The notes: generated by a model not told the origin, from the letters alone. Shown: positions 45,986 through 58,008, counted from the first letter of the stretch. The stretch: DNA of 64,000 nt from Myxococcota bacterium (GCA_040902485.1 JBBDXF010000017.1:75216-139215), one strand, 5' to 3'. Numbers and translations: made by a program.

Positions 45986-48634
45986 GTGAGCGCGTCGGGA
46001 GCCCATGAACGCCCGTGGCACGCCCTCGGCATCGACGAGGCGTGCGCTGCGCTCGCTACCAGTGATGCCGGCCTGTCGCCCGAGAGCGTGGCGCAGCGGC
46101 GCGCCGAATACGGGGCGAACCGGCTCGAGGAGGCACCGCCCACGACGGCGTGGGCGCTCCTGCTCCACCAGTTCCATAGCCCGCTCATCTACATCCTGCT
46201 GGTCGCTGCTGCCGTCACCGTGGCCATCGGTGAGTACATCGACGCTGCGGTGATCGCGGCGGTGCTCGCGATCAACGCGGCAATCGGATTCTTCCAGGAG
46301 CAGCGCGCCGAGCAATCGGTGCGTGCGCTGATGCGCCTGGTCAGCCCGAAGGCGCACGTGAGCCGGGGCGGGCAAGAAGCCGAGATCGACAGCGCGGAAC
46401 TCGTACCAGGCGACGTCGTGCTGCTCGAATCCGGAGCGCGTGTGCCCGCCGACCTGCGCCTGTTCCGGTGCAACGACCTCGCGATCGATGAATCGCTGCT
46501 CACTGGCGAGTCCCTGCCCGTGCGCAAGTCGGAGGTGGCGGTTCCGGAGGAGACCGCCGTCGCGGATCGGCTCAGCATGACGCATGCGGGCAGCATCGTG
46601 ACCGCTGGGCGCGGGCGCGGTTGGGTCGTGGCGATCGGGCGCAACACGGAGCTCGGCTCGATCGCGCAGAGCATGCGCAGTGCAGAGATCGTCGCCACAC
46701 CGATGCAGGAACGCATGCGGCGCTTCGCGCAGGTGGTCGCGGCCGTGGTGATTGCCGCCTCGGCGCTGGCGATCGCTGTGGGGTTGCTGCACGGACTCCG
46801 CCTCTCGGAGCTGTTCCTGGTCGCGGTGACGCTGGCCGTCTCTGCGATTCCCGAGGGCTTGCCAGTGGTCGTCACGATCACCCTCGCCATCGGCGTGCGC
46901 CGCATGGCGGGCCGGAATGCGGTGATCCGGCGGCTCCCCGCGGTCGAGACGCTCGGCTCCACGACGGTGGTTGGCTCCGACAAGACCGGCACGTTGACCG
47001 AGAACCGCATGACGGTCATGGAGGCGGTTACCCCGGTCGGAGGTGTGACCCTCCACGATGGCTTCGAGTCGCCGCCGCTCTCCGAGCCGCTTCGCTCGCT
47101 CGCGCTCGCCGGCGTGCTGGCGAACGAAGCCGATATCGCGCCGGGACAGGGCGATCAGGAGAAGGTGCGAGGCGACCCGACCGAGGGGGCGCTCCTCGTC
47201 GCCGCGAGACGGCTCGGCCTCGACTTTCGCGCGGAGCGTACGGCGCACGAGTCGCTGTACGAGATCCCGTTCGAGCCGGAGAGAGCCTACTCCGCCAGCG
47301 TGCGCGCCAAGGACGCTCGGCGCTGGATCTTCGTGAAGGGTGCGCCGGAGCGGATCCTCGACATGTGTGTGAACGCAGCGGGGGAGGGCCGCGGCACGCT
47401 GCCGCTCGATCCGCTGGAGGTGCAGCGCCACGGCTCGGTACTCGCCGGCCGCGGTCTGCGCTTGCTGGCCTTCGCCCGCCGAGAGCTCGAACCCGAAGAG
47501 GATGCGGCCCGCACCCGGCTCGCAGGGCTCACCTTCCTCGGCCTCACCGGGATGATGGACCCGCCGCGCGAGGGTGTGCGCGAATCGATCACGGCATGTC
47601 GGGACGCGGGCATCCGGGTGCTGATGATTACCGGAGACCACGCGCAGACTGCGCGCGCCATCGGTCGTGACCTCGGGCTCGGTGATGGCGCCGATCCCGT
47701 GGTGATGACGGGCGCTGAGTTTGCCCTGCTGGACGACGCGGCGCGTGAGCGCGCGGCTGCTGAAACCCAGGTGTTCGCGCGCGTGGCTCCAGAGCAGAAG
47801 CTGGCGGTTGTGCATGCGCTCCAGCGTCGCGGCGAGGTGGTGGCCGTCACCGGCGACGGCGTCAACGACGCGCCGGCAATCAGGGCCGCCGACATCGGCG
47901 TGGCGATGGGCCGAAGCGGAACGGACGTCGCCCGCGAAGCCGCCGACATGGTGCTCACAGACGACAATTTCGTCAGCATCGTCGCGGCTGTCGAAGAGGG
48001 GCGCATCACCTTCGACAACCTTCGCAAGGTCACCTTCTTCCTGATCTCCACCGGCGCAGCAGAGATCGTCACCATCCTGACCGCGCTCGCGCTGGACTGG
48101 CCGCTGCCGTTCCTGCCGGCGCAGATCCTCTGGCTGAATCTCGTCACCAACGGAGTTCAGGATGTGGCGCTGGCGTTCGAGCCCGGCGACCCGGACGTGC
48201 TGAAGCATGCGCCGCGCTCCCGCAGCGAGGGCATCGTGTCGCGGCTGCTGTGGGAGCGCACGCTGGTGGCGGGCTTCACGATGGCGGCCGGCACGCTGTG
48301 CGTCTTCCACTGGGAGCTGGGCGAAGCGGGCTCGGTCGCGCGCGCGCAGACCGTCGCACTCACCACGATGGTCTTGTTCCAGGTCTTCCACGTGGGAAAC
48401 TCACGCTCGGAGCACCAGTCGGTCTTCACGCGCAGCCCGTTTTCGAATCGCTTTCTCCTGCTGGCGACCGTCGCCGCGCTGAGCGTTCACGTCGCGGCGC
48501 TATTCCTGGTTCCGATCCAGCTCGTGCTGCGCGTCGAGGCGATCGCCGAACCGGCAACCTGGCTGCGAATGATCGCCGTCGCGTCGACGATCCTCCTGAC
48601 CATGGAGCTCCACAAGTGGCTGCGCCGGCCGTGA
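45986..48634 (+). CDS. cation-transporting P-type ATPase (type II)
   Basis: Contains [17 protein letters not shown] (LTGESLPV), GDGVNDAPA and TGDH ([10 protein letters not shown]). Confidence 0.85.
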   Translation: MSASGAHERPWHALGIDEACAALATSDAGLSPESVAQRRAEYGANRLEEAPPTTAWALLLHQFHSPLIYILLVAAAVTVAIGEYIDAAVIAAVLAINAAIGFFQEQRAEQSVRALMRLVSPKAHVSRGGQEAEIDSAELVPGDVVLLESGARVPADLRLFRCNDLAIDESLLTGESLPVRKSEVAVPEETAVADRLSMTHAGSIVTAGRGRGWVVAIGRNTELGSIAQSMRSAEIVATPMQERMRRFAQVVAAVVIAASALAIAVGLLHGLRLSELFLVAVTLAVSAIPEGLPVVVTITLAIGVRRMAGRNAVIRRLPAVETLGSTTVVGSDKTGTLTENRMTVMEAVTPVGGVTLHDGFESPPLSEPLRSLALAGVLANEADIAPGQGDQEKVRGDPTEGALLVAARRLGLDFRAERTAHESLYEIPFEPERAYSASVRAKDARRWIFVKGAPERILDMCVNAAGEGRGTLPLDPLEVQRHGSVLAGRGLRLLAFARRELEPEEDAARTRLAGLTFLGLTGMMDPPREGVRESITACRDAGIRVLMITGDHAQTARAIGRDLGLGDGADPVVMTGAEFALLDDAARERAAAETQVFARVAPEQKLAVVHALQRRGEVVAVTGDGVNDAPAIRAADIGVAMGRSGTDVAREAADMVLTDDNFVSIVAAVEEGRITFDNLRKVTFFLISTGAAEIVTILTALALDWPLPFLPAQILWLNLVTNGVQDVALAFEPGDPDVLKHAPRSRSEGIVSRLLWERTLVAGFTMAAGTLCVFHWELGEAGSVARAQTVALTTMVLFQVFHVGNSRSEHQSVFTRSPFSNRFLLLATVAALSVHVAALFLVPIQLVLRVEAIAEPATWLRMIAVASTILLTMELHKWLRRP

Positions 48635-48663
48635 TCGCGGCGCGCGCAAGGAGTTCCCACTCG

Positions 48664-48879
48664 CTACCAGGCGGAGTTCCAACGCCGCTCGTGCTCGATG
48701 CGCAGCGGCTCGCGAAGCAGCACGCTGTCAAGCAGATAGATCTGCGCAACCGAGAGGTAGCTCGCGGCACTCCAACAGGCGTCGAGCCTCTCGACCAGCG
48801 GACAGGACCGTAGGCGGGCCACGGCGACATCACGGCCACCTCGAGCTCGGGGGTCCCCACCGAACAGGAGTTGCCCCAC
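48664..48879 (-). pseudogene. phosphoketolase (Xfp) N-terminal fragment
   Basis: ORF translation ...PLVERLDACWSAASYLSVAQIYLLDSVLLREPLRIEHERR matches the conserved phosphoketolase N-terminus (YWRxANYLSxGQIYL...EPL). Only ~70 codons remain. Confidence 0.55.
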
Positions 48880-49208
48880 GATCTGTTGCGTCCATTCTTG
48901 ACGAGCCCGACGATCGCTGCCGCAGGGGAGGCGATCGCCGTCATGCAGCGCAGTGGCATCTTCCTGCGCATAGCCAACGCATGTGCCGGTCTGAGCGCCT
49001 GTTCAGATGAGCGCGCATGGTGCTCGCGGATCATCTGCCGAGTGACGAAGCGGAGTTCCCCGACCCGTACTACGCCTCCCGCCGCGGTTCTCTGTTCCTG
49101 GTCGCGGTTCAGCTGTACGCGCTCTGTCTCGACCTGCTTCTGCACCTCGATGGGAACAGGCCCAGCGGCCAGTTTGGGGTACGATCTCGCGCTGTGCGAG
49201 CTGGGCAG

Positions 49209-49448
<240 letters not shown>

Positions 49449-49543
49449 ATCTGCGCCGCGAGAAGGCGCAGACCGAGCTCGAGCTCTCCGGCCGCGTCGT
49501 ACGGGCGCTCCGCGATCTGCGCGCGCAGAGGCTTCGCTCTGCG

Positions 49544-49771
49544 ATGCACGAGGGCAACCGGGAGGGTGCGCTGGAGGGTCAGGTGTTTAGGGCCCCGAAT
49601 GGAGGGCCGCTTCGCGAAGAGAGCTTTCGGCGCAGCGTGTGGGGTCCGACGGTGGTCGCCGCCCTCGGGAGCGACCGCAGGGTGACACCCCATGCGCTGC
49701 GGCACACTTGGACTTCGCTACACGTCGGCGCAAGCACCCCGCTTCCCTGGATTCGCGAGCAGGGCGGGTGA
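49544..49771 (+). pseudogene. tyrosine recombinase (phage-type integrase) C-terminal fragment
   Basis: ...FRRSVWGPTVVAALGSDRRVTPHALRHTWTSLHVGASTPLPWIREQGG matches the catalytic C-terminus (hxLRHT..S.l...G). The N-terminal ~300 aa are absent. Confidence 0.65.
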
Positions 49772-49937
49772 GCGTCCGCCAAGATGCTGCTCGACCCGTA
49801 CGGCGCGTTCCTGCCGCGAGAACAAGAATCGTCGCGAAGACGCGCAGAGGCTGTCGCGGTCGCGGACCCTGACGGACCCGATGCGGTCCAAGGGCTCGCA
49901 GAAGTAGACGCATCTCGGTGTAAGCAGCTGAACGTGT

Positions 49938-50014
49938 TGGCGTCCCCGATGCGATTCGAACGCATGACCTGCTGCTTAGGAGGCAGCCGCTCTATCCATC
50001 TGAGCTACGGGGAC
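49938..50014 (-). tRNA. tRNA-Arg (anticodon CCT), 77 nt with encoded CCA
   Basis: Reverse complement is GTCCCCGTAGCTCAGATGGATAGAGCGGCTGCCTCCTAAGCAGCAGGTCATGCGTTCGAATCGCATCGGGGACGCCA. It folds as a cloverleaf with a 7-bp acceptor stem, D-arm GCTC/GAGC, anticodon stem GCTGC/GCAGC with loop CTCCTAA, and T-arm ATGCG/TTCGAAT/CGCAT. Confidence 0.85.
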
Positions 50015-50082
50015 GGAAGGACCTGACCTCTCTGTATGAAGAAGGCCAGAGGCGCGGTCGCGGACGGAGTGTCGCGCGCGCG

Positions 50083-50796
50083 CTAGAGGCCCGCCAGATG
50101 GGCGGCGAGGGCTTCGGGGGTGGAGTAGAACGGCGAGTGGTCGGTGTCGAGCGTGAGCACCTTCGCGCAGGGGCGGGCGGCGGCCATGCGGCGCTGCACG
50201 GGCAGGCCGATCGCGCGGTCGCGCGTGCACTCGATGTAGACGCGCGGGATGCGGCCGGCACGCTCGGGCGTGTAGCGGACGGGCGCGGTGAAGATCGACG
50301 TCGCCTGGGGCGCGAGCCGCGCGCGGGCGCGCTCGGCGTCGGTGTCGGAGCACTGGGCGTAGAAGGCGGGCTTCACGAAGTCGGGCTTCACCTCGATCGA
50401 GAGTCCGTCCGGGGCGAGGGCGAGGTTCCCGGCGAGCAGGCTGTCGGGGTCGTTGCCGGCGGCGCTGGACAGCGACTCGCCCGGGCCGACCAGGAACGCG
50501 GTCAGGTACACGAGCGTGCGTATGCGCTCGGGGATCCGCTCGGCGCCGGCGGTGATCACGACGCCGCCCATGCTGTGGCCGACCAGCACGACGGGCTCGG
50601 GCTGCGCGGCGACCGTCGCGCGCACGCGCTCCGCGTAGGCGTCGAGCGTGATCTGCGCGAGCGGCGTGCGGTCCGCGCCGTGGCCGGGCAGGTCGGGTGC
50701 GACCACGCGGTGGCCGCGCGCCTCGAGCAGCGGCGCGAGCTTCTCCCAGCACCAGCCACCGTGCCAGGCGCCGTGGATCAGTACGAACGTCGTCAT
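50083..50796 (-). CDS. alpha/beta-hydrolase (methylesterase/MES-SABP2-like)
   Basis: MTTFVLIHGAWHGGWCWEKL...GHSMGG (nucleophile elbow GxSxG). Confidence 0.75.
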   Translation of the reverse strand: MTTFVLIHGAWHGGWCWEKLAPLLEARGHRVVAPDLPGHGADRTPLAQITLDAYAERVRATVAAQPEPVVLVGHSMGGVVITAGAERIPERIRTLVYLTAFLVGPGESLSSAAGNDPDSLLAGNLALAPDGLSIEVKPDFVKPAFYAQCSDTDAERARARLAPQATSIFTAPVRYTPERAGRIPRVYIECTRDRAIGLPVQRRMAAARPCAKVLTLDTDHSPFYSTPEALAAHLAGL

Positions 50797-51452
50797 CGCA
50801 TCTCCTCGAGGTCGGTCCCGTCGACCAGGCGCAGCGTGCGAGCGCCGAGCATACGCGTGTCGGCGGGGTCGTGCGTGACGAGCAGGCACGGGCCGCGGAG
50901 CTCGGCCAGGTGGCGGCGCAGCGTCTCGCGCATGTCGATCACCGCGTCCTCGTCGAGCGAGGCAAAGGGCTCGTCGAGCAAGAGCGCGCGCGGCGCGATC
51001 GCGAGCGCGCGGGCCAGCGCGACCTTGCGTGCCTCGCCGCCGGAGAGCGTCGACGCGCGCGCGTCGGCGAGCGCGCCGAGCCCCACGCGCTCGAGCCAGT
51101 CGCGCGCGCGGCTGCGGCGCTCGGCGCGCTTCACGCCGCGCGAGCGCAGGCCGAAGGCGACGTTCTCGAGCGCGGAGAGGTGCGGGAAGAGCCGGCCGTC
51201 CTGGAACACGACGCCGATGTCGCGCGCCTCGGGCGCGACGAACACGCCCGCCTCGGGATCGTCGAGCAGCACGCCGCCGAGCTCGATGCGGCCGCGCTCG
51301 AGCGGGATGAGTCCGGCCAGCGCGAACAGCACGGTGGTCTTGCCCGCGCCGTTCGGGCCGACCAGCGCGACCCGCTCGCCGTCGTCGACGCGGAACGCGA
51401 CATCGAGCCCGAAGCGGCCGAGCTGCACGGCGAGCGCCGCGTCGAGACTCAT
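50793..51452 (-). CDS. modC: ABC transporter ATP-binding protein (molybdate ModC-like)
   Basis: Walker A GPNGAGKT and ABC signature LSGGE. Lies in an operon with ModB and ModA. Confidence 0.75.
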   Translation of the reverse strand: MSLDAALAVQLGRFGLDVAFRVDDGERVALVGPNGAGKTTVLFALAGLIPLERGRIELGGVLLDDPEAGVFVAPEARDIGVVFQDGRLFPHLSALENVAFGLRSRGVKRAERRSRARDWLERVGLGALADARASTLSGGEARKVALARALAIAPRALLLDEPFASLDEDAVIDMRETLRRHLAELRGPCLLVTHDPADTRMLGARTLRLVDGTDLEEMR

Positions 51453-51465
51453 CGCGCGCGCCCGC

Positions 51466-52266
51466 TCATCGCCCGGTCCAGGTCTCGCGCAGCGCGACCA
51501 GCACCGCGAGCGCGACCGCGAGCAGCACCAGGCTCATCGCGAACGCGGCCTCGGGTCGGGTTTCGAGGGCGATGTACACGGCGAGCGGCAGGGTCTGCGT
51601 GCGCCCCGGCAGGTTGCCCGCGAAGGTGATCGTGGCGCCGAACTCGCCGAGCGCGCGCGCCCAGCACAGCGCCGCGCCGGCGCCGAGCGCGGGCGCCGCG
51701 AGCGGCAGGGTGATGCGCGCGAACACGCGCAGGCGCGAGGCGCCGAGCGTGGCGGCGGCCTGCTCGAGCCGGCGATCGACCTGGCGGAAGCCGCCCTCGG
51801 CCGCGATCACCAGGAAGGGCATGGCGACGAAGGTCTCGGCGAGCACCGCGCCCGCGAGCGTGAACGGGAGCTGGATGCCGAAGGCCTGATCGAGCCAGGC
51901 GCCGACCAGGCCGCGGCGGCCGAACGCGAGCAGCAGCGCCACGCCGCCGACGACGGGCGGCAGGATCATCGGCAGCATCACCAGCGCGCGCAGCAGGCGC
52001 CGGCCGCGGAACTCGCCGCGCGCGAGCAGCCAGGCGAGCGGAACACCCAGAAGTGTCGACAGGGCCGTGGCCGAGACCGAGCAGTACAGCGAGAGCTGCA
52101 GGGCGGTCAGCACCTCGGGGCTCGCGAGCTCGGTGGCGAGCCGGCCCCACGGCGCGCGCGCGACCAGCGCGAAGAGCGGAACACCGAGCAGCGCCGCGCC
52201 GCACAGGACCGGAAGCAGAACGGGAAGGGGAAGCGCGCGAGCGCCCCGCGAGCGGCGCGCCTTCAC
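51466..52266 (-). CDS. modB: molybdate ABC transporter permease
   Basis: TM permease with the EAA-like loop (FAMSLVLLAV... / TLGASRLRVFARITLPLAAPAL). GTG start at ~52266. The upstream part of ORF 51466..52881 is GC artefact. Confidence 0.75.
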   Translation of the reverse strand: MKARRSRGARALPLPVLLPVLCGAALLGVPLFALVARAPWGRLATELASPEVLTALQLSLYCSVSATALSTLLGVPLAWLLARGEFRGRRLLRALVMLPMILPPVVGGVALLLAFGRRGLVGAWLDQAFGIQLPFTLAGAVLAETFVAMPFLVIAAEGGFRQVDRRLEQAAATLGASRLRVFARITLPLAAPALGAGAALCWARALGEFGATITFAGNLPGRTQTLPLAVYIALETRPEAAFAMSLVLLAVALAVLVALRETWTGR

Positions 52267-53027
52267 GACGGCAGGAAGCCGAAGCGCGCGAGGATCGCGC
52301 GCCCTGCGTCGGAGAGCACGAACGCGACGAAAGCCCGCGCCTCGGGGCGGAGCTCGGCCTGCTTCACCAGCGCGATCGGATAGCTCGCGCTCACGTTCTG
52401 CCCGTCCGCGATCGCGACGCCCGCGACGCGCTCGCCGGCCGCGCGCACGTCCGTCGCGTACACGATGCCTGCGTCGGCCTCGCCGAGCGCCACCCTGTTC
52501 AGCACCGCCTTCACGTTCGGCTCGAACGAGCGGGGCGCGAGCGTCACGCCCGCGGAGTTCAGCGCCTCGCGCGCGTAGCGGCCGACCGGCACCGACTCGG
52601 CGGCGAGGATCACGATCAGGTCCGAGCGCGCGAGATCGGCGAGCCCCGTCACGCCCTTCGGGTTGCCGCGCTCGACCACGATCTCGAGCCGGTTGCGCGC
52701 GAACAGCGCGGGCGCGCTCGCCAGCCGGCCCGCAGCCTCGAGCCTGGCCATGCTCTCGGTGTCGGCGGTGACGATCACCTCGGCCGGCGCGCCCGACTCG
52801 ATCTGCGCGACCAGCGCGGGCGAGCCCGCGAAGCTGTGCTCGACCGAGGCCGGCGCGTGCGCGCTCGCGAACGCGTCGCAAAGCGCCGTGAACGCCTCTG
52901 CGAGCGAGGCCGCGGCGAACACGAGCACGGGCTTGGGGGCCGCAGCCGCGGCTTGCGCGGAGAGCGAGAGCCCGAGGCCCGCGAGCAGCGCGGCGAGCGA
53001 GCGAGCGGCGCGCCTCAAGTCCTCGCG
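52263..53027 (-). CDS. modA: molybdate-binding periplasmic protein
   Basis: Signal peptide RRAARSLAALLAGLGLSLSAQA, then PKPVLVFAAASLAEAF...IVTADTES...GIVYATDV (ModA family). Start approximate (TTG). Confidence 0.7.
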   Translation of the reverse strand, partial: REDLRRAARSLAALLAGLGLSLSAQAAAAAPKPVLVFAAASLAEAFTALCDAFASAHAPASVEHSFAGSPALVAQIESGAPAEVIVTADTESMARLEAAGRLASAPALFARNRLEIVVERGNPKGVTGLADLARSDLIVILAAESVPVGRYAREALNSAGVTLAPRSFEPNVKAVLNRVALGEADAGIVYATDVRAAGERVAGVAIADGQNVSASYPIALVKQAELRPEARAFVAFVLSDAGRAILARFGFLPS

Positions 53028-53461
53028 CTCCGCGCCCGCGCCTGCCGCCCCGACTTCGGGGGCAGCTCGATCACGACGTTGGTCGCTTTCACCACCGCGC
53101 TCGCGAGCTGTCCCGGCGCGAGCGCGAGCTCGTCCGCGGCCTCGCGCGTCATCAGCGAGACCAGCCGGTGCGGGCCGGCCTGGATCTCGACCTGCGCGGC
53201 CACGCGGTCCTTGGTGACCCTGGTGACGATGCCCGCGAAGCGATTGCGCGCGGACTGGCGCGCGACCGGGCCGGCTCCGCCCGCGGCTCCATGCGCCGCG
53301 GCGAAGCGCGCGAGCGCGGCCGCGTCGACGCGCCGCTCGCCGGCACGGGTGCGGCGGCTCGTGAGCCGGCCCGCGTCGACCCAACGCCGTACGGTGTCGG
53401 CGCTCACACCGAGCAGCGTGGCGACCTCGCCGAGCCGGAACGTGCGCGCAGGCTTCGCCAT
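53015..53461 (-). CDS. HTH (MerR/excisionase-type) plus TOBE-domain regulator (molybdate-responsive candidate)
   Basis: MAKPARTFRLGEVATLLGVSADTVRRWVDAGRL is the HTH. NRFAGIVTRVTKDRVAAQVEIQAGPHRLVSLMTREAADELALAPGQLASAVVKATNVVI is a TOBE/Mop domain. Confidence 0.65.
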   Translation of the reverse strand: MAKPARTFRLGEVATLLGVSADTVRRWVDAGRLTSRRTRAGERRVDAAALARFAAAHGAAGGAGPVARQSARNRFAGIVTRVTKDRVAAQVEIQAGPHRLVSLMTREAADELALAPGQLASAVVKATNVVIELPPKSGRQARARSART

Positions 53462-53595
53462 GCCGCCACGATCATGAACCACGACCCGTGCGCTTGCAAA
53501 CTCACGGACCGGATTCCCGGGCGGATGCCAGGAACGGGAGCAGCCGCTCCGGCTCAGCCGGTCCGGACCAACCGGTCCGGGCCAACCCGTCCGGA

Positions 53596-53934
53596 TCAAC
53601 CTGTCAGGATGCCCTCGAAGAACTCGTTGAATTCAGCGTTGCCGGGCTCGACGTACAGGCCGAAGCCAGGCTTGGCCTTCTCTTCGGGCGGGAGCTGCGC
53701 GGTGGTCCAGCGGGTCGTGCCGCGCACCTCCACCTTGCTGCCTTGCCGGTCGTGGAAGACGACGCGCACCGACGTGCCTGCCGTGGGCAGCACGCTCGTG
53801 CGCACGAACAGGCCTTCCTTCGAGATGTTCTTGATGTGCCCCTTGCCGCGCAGCTTGCCGGCCTCGAACGCGCAGGGGATGCGCTTCATCACGCGGCGCA
53901 GGCGACGTCGCTCGATCCCGGTCGGTGTCGGCAT
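53596..53934 (-). CDS. PilZ-domain protein (putative c-di-GMP receptor)
   Basis: ERRRLRRVMKRIPCAFEAGKLRGKGHIKNISKEGLFVRT...GTSVRVVF contains the RxxxR and D/NxSxxG PilZ motifs. Confidence 0.6.
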   Translation of the reverse strand: MPTPTGIERRRLRRVMKRIPCAFEAGKLRGKGHIKNISKEGLFVRTSVLPTAGTSVRVVFHDRQGSKVEVRGTTRWTTAQLPPEEKAKPGFGLYVEPGNAEFNEFFEGILTG

Positions 53935-54061
53935 GCAGGCAGGGCTCCCGGTCGCGCTATCGGTCCCCCTGCAAGGTCGCTTTACGGGCTGAATCACCCG
54001 CGCCGCTGCGCGAAAGCTGCGCCAGGCCCTTGGGTCCATACGCGCGCATCTGCGGCGCGCG

Positions 54062-54748
54062 TCAGCGCCGGCGGCCGCTGTCCTCGATCGCGTAGAACAC
54101 GAACTCGCTGGCGTCCTTGGCGATGACGCGGAACTTGAACACGCGCGGGACGCGGCCTGCCTCGGGCGGGTGCGCTTCGAGGTAGCGGTTGACGAGCTTG
54201 GCGCCGTCGGTGCCGCCGGGAATGCCCTCGACCACGATCCGGCTGTCGCCGCCCTCGAACGAGACCACGCGCGGGGGCTCGGCGCCGGCCTCGGCGCCGA
54301 TCGCGCGCACCTCCAGCTCGCCGCGGTGCGAGTTGAAGGTGAGCGGGCCCGCGGACGCCATGCGCCGGAAGTCTGCGATGCCGTACTCGGGGCGATTGCG
54401 CGTGCGGAAGTGCAGGTACAGGACCCCGCGCCGGTTCACCAGCCGCCGCTCGATGCTCGAGTAGCAGTACTCCGCGCTCTCGACCTGGATGCCGTAGAAC
54501 GTCGCCTTGAGCTGCTTGCCGCCGCCCTGTTCGGGGGCGGCCTTCACGACGACCGAGTCCTCGACCTCGATCTGGCTGCCGTCCGCGAGCTTGCAGGTGA
54601 CGGGCGTGATGTAGCGCCCGGACAGGAACAGGATCGCGACCTCGTCCGCGTTCATGTGCGCGGGCCGCTGGTACTCGCTCTCGCCTTGGGCGAGCGCGGC
54701 TGCGGGCAGCGCCGCGAGGATCAGGGCCAGGAGCGCTGCGAGTCGCAT
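54062..54748 (-). CDS. secreted hypothetical protein
   Basis: Signal peptide MRLAALLALILAALPAAALAQGE. ORF with coding-like composition and no recognisable motifs. Confidence 0.45.
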   Translation of the reverse strand: MRLAALLALILAALPAAALAQGESEYQRPAHMNADEVAILFLSGRYITPVTCKLADGSQIEVEDSVVVKAAPEQGGGKQLKATFYGIQVESAEYCYSSIERRLVNRRGVLYLHFRTRNRPEYGIADFRRMASAGPLTFNSHRGELEVRAIGAEAGAEPPRVVSFEGGDSRIVVEGIPGGTDGAKLVNRYLEAHPPEAGRVPRVFKFRVIAKDASEFVFYAIEDSGRRR

Positions 54749-54806
54749 CGCTGGCAGTGCTAGCCTGCCGCAGGCTCGGCTGCAACCGAGCGCGGAGGTC
54801 GTGCGT

Positions 54807-55493
54807 ATGGCGTGTTGCATGCTCGCGACGTGGCTGCTCGCGACCGGAATCACCGCCCAGACCTACGTCCTTCCGCCGCCGGGCGGCGAGGGCTGGCGGC
54901 CGCTCGTCTTCCCGCGCGTCGAGAAGCAGACCCAGTACGAGCGGGTCGAATTCGAAGGCGCGTCGGCGCTGCGCGCGCGGGCGCGCTGCTCGGCGTCGGG
55001 TCTCGTCCACGCCGCGCCCGGGCTCGAGCTTTCGAAGACGCCCTGGCTTCACTGGCGCTGGCGGGTCGATCGCGACCTGCCGGAGCGCGATCCGCGCACG
55101 AAGGCGGGCGACGACTACGCCGCGCGCGTGTACGTGGCGTTCCGCTTCGAGCCGGAGCGGGCCTCGGGCTACGAGCGGGTGAAGCGCGCGGCGCTGCGCC
55201 TGATCTACGGCGAGGAGCTGCCGGGCAGCGCGCTCAACTACGTGTGGTCCGCGAGCGAGCCCGTGGGCTCGACCTGGCAGAGCCCGTACGCGGAACGGTC
55301 GCGCGTGCTCTCGCTTGGTGCGGGACCGGCGGGCGCGTGGCGCGCGGCGCGGGTCGACCTGCGCGCGGACTACCGGCGCGTGTTCGACGCGGAGCCGCCG
55401 CCGGTCGAGTTCGTGGCCTTGATGTCGGATGCGGACGACGGCTGTGGCGAGACCCTGGCGTGGTTCGCGGATCTTCGCTTCGCTTCGCAGTGA
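54807..55493 (+). CDS. secreted hypothetical protein, possibly DUF3047 family
   Basis: Signal peptide MACCMLATWLLATGITAQ. Conserved-looking segments WLHWRWRV...KAGDDYAARVYVAF. Family assignment is from memory only. Confidence 0.45.
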   Translation: MACCMLATWLLATGITAQTYVLPPPGGEGWRPLVFPRVEKQTQYERVEFEGASALRARARCSASGLVHAAPGLELSKTPWLHWRWRVDRDLPERDPRTKAGDDYAARVYVAFRFEPERASGYERVKRAALRLIYGEELPGSALNYVWSASEPVGSTWQSPYAERSRVLSLGAGPAGAWRAARVDLRADYRRVFDAEPPPVEFVALMSDADDGCGETLAWFADLRFASQ

Positions 55494-55528
55494 CCCCTTC
55501 GCTTCGAGGCAATCAGTAGGGAGAGTCG

Positions 55529-56484
<956 letters not shown>

Positions 56485-56488
<4 letters not shown>

Positions 56489-58005
56489 CGCGTCCCGGGA
56501 CGATCCTGCCGCACGACGCGTGGAACCAAGCGCTCGTCGCAAACGTCCACCCGCCGGATTGGTGCAACCCGACGCCGGCGCAGCGCTACGACCTGGTGGT
56601 GCTCGGCGCCGGCACGGCGGGGCTCGTGACCGCGGTCGTGTCGGCGGGTCTGGGCGCGCGCGTCGCGCTGGTGGAGCGGCACTTGATGGGCGGCGACTGC
56701 CTGAACGTGGGCTGCGTGCCGTCGAAGACGCTGATCCGCTCCGCGCGCGCCGCCGCCGACGTGCGCGATGCGACGCGCTTCGGTGTAGCTGTGCCGGCCG
56801 GCGTCCACGTCGACTTCGCGCAGGTCATGGAGCGCGTGCGGCGCGTGCGCGCGGAGATCTCGCCGCACGACTCCGCGAAGCGCTACACGGAGCTCGGCGT
56901 CGACGTGTTCCTGGGCGAGGGGCGCTTCACCAGCCCCGAGACGCTCGAGGTCGGCGGCGCGCGGCTCCGCTTCAAGCGCGCGGTCGTCGCCACCGGCGCA
57001 CGCGCGGTCGCGCTGCCGATTCCGGGTCTCGTCGAGGCGGGCTTCCTCACCAACGAGACCGTGTTCGAGCTGGAGCGGCTGCCCGCGCGGCTGGCCGTGA
57101 TCGGCGCGGGCCCGATCGGCTGCGAGATCGCGCAGGCCTTCGCGCGGCTCGGCTCGCGCGTGACGCTGGTCGAGGTCGCGAAGCAAGTGCTGATCCGCGA
57201 GGACCCCGACGCCGCCGCGCTCGTGCAGGCCGCGCTCGTGCAGGACGGCGTCGAGCTCGTGCTCGATGCGAACGTCGCGCGCGTCGAGCGCCGCGGGGCC
57301 ATGCGCGTGCTGCAGGTCGCGGTGGCGGGCACCACGCGGGAGTTGGAGGTCGACGAGATCCTGGTCGGCATCGGCCGCGCGCCCAACGTGGAGGGTATCG
57401 GTCTCGAAGCGGCGGGCATCGCGTTCGATCCCAAGCTCGGCGTGAAGGTCGACGACCGGCTGCGCACGACCAGCCCGCGCATCTTCGCGGCGGGCGACGT
57501 GTGCATGGCCGCGAAGTTCACGCACGCGGCCGACGCCGCCGCGAAGCTCGTGGTGCGCAACGCGTTCTTCTTCGGCCGCGGCAAGGTCTCGGCGCTGCGC
57601 GTCCCCTGGTGCACCTACACCGATCCGGAAGTCGCGCACGTCGGCCTGTACGCGCGCGACGCCGAGGCGCAGGGCATCGCGATCGACACCTACACTACGC
57701 CGCTCGCCTCGAACGACCGCTCGCGCGCGGAAGGCGAGGCCCACGGCTTCGTGAAGATTCACGTGAAGAAGGGCTCGGACTCGGTGGTCGGCGCGACGAT
57801 CGTGGCGCGTCACGCCGGAGACCTGATCGCCACGCTCGCGCTCGCCATGTCCGCGGGCTACGGCCTGGGCCGCTTCGTCGAGCTGATCCTGCCGTACCCG
57901 ACGCAGGCCGAAGCCATCAAGGCCACCTCGGGCGCCTACACACGAACGCGTCTCACCCCGACCGTCGCGCGCCTGCTGAAGGGACTGATCCGTCTCGCGC
58001 GCTAG
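56485..58005 (+). CDS. FAD-dependent pyridine nucleotide-disulfide oxidoreductase (class I, Lpd/MerA-like; no MerA C-terminal Cys pair)
   Basis: YDLVVLGAGTAGLVTA (FAD GxGxxG). GGDCLNVGCVPSK is the redox-active disulfide. VIGAGPIGCEIAQ is the NAD site, and HPTQAEA is in the dimerisation domain. The GTG start overlaps the upstream stop (GTGA). Confidence 0.8.
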
Positions 58006-58008
58006 CGC

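Noticed and set aside
45461-48391. 976-aa minus-strand ORF antisense to the P-type ATPase
   Set aside because: No motifs and R/G-rich composition. The + frame carries DKTGT, TGES and GDGVNDAPA.
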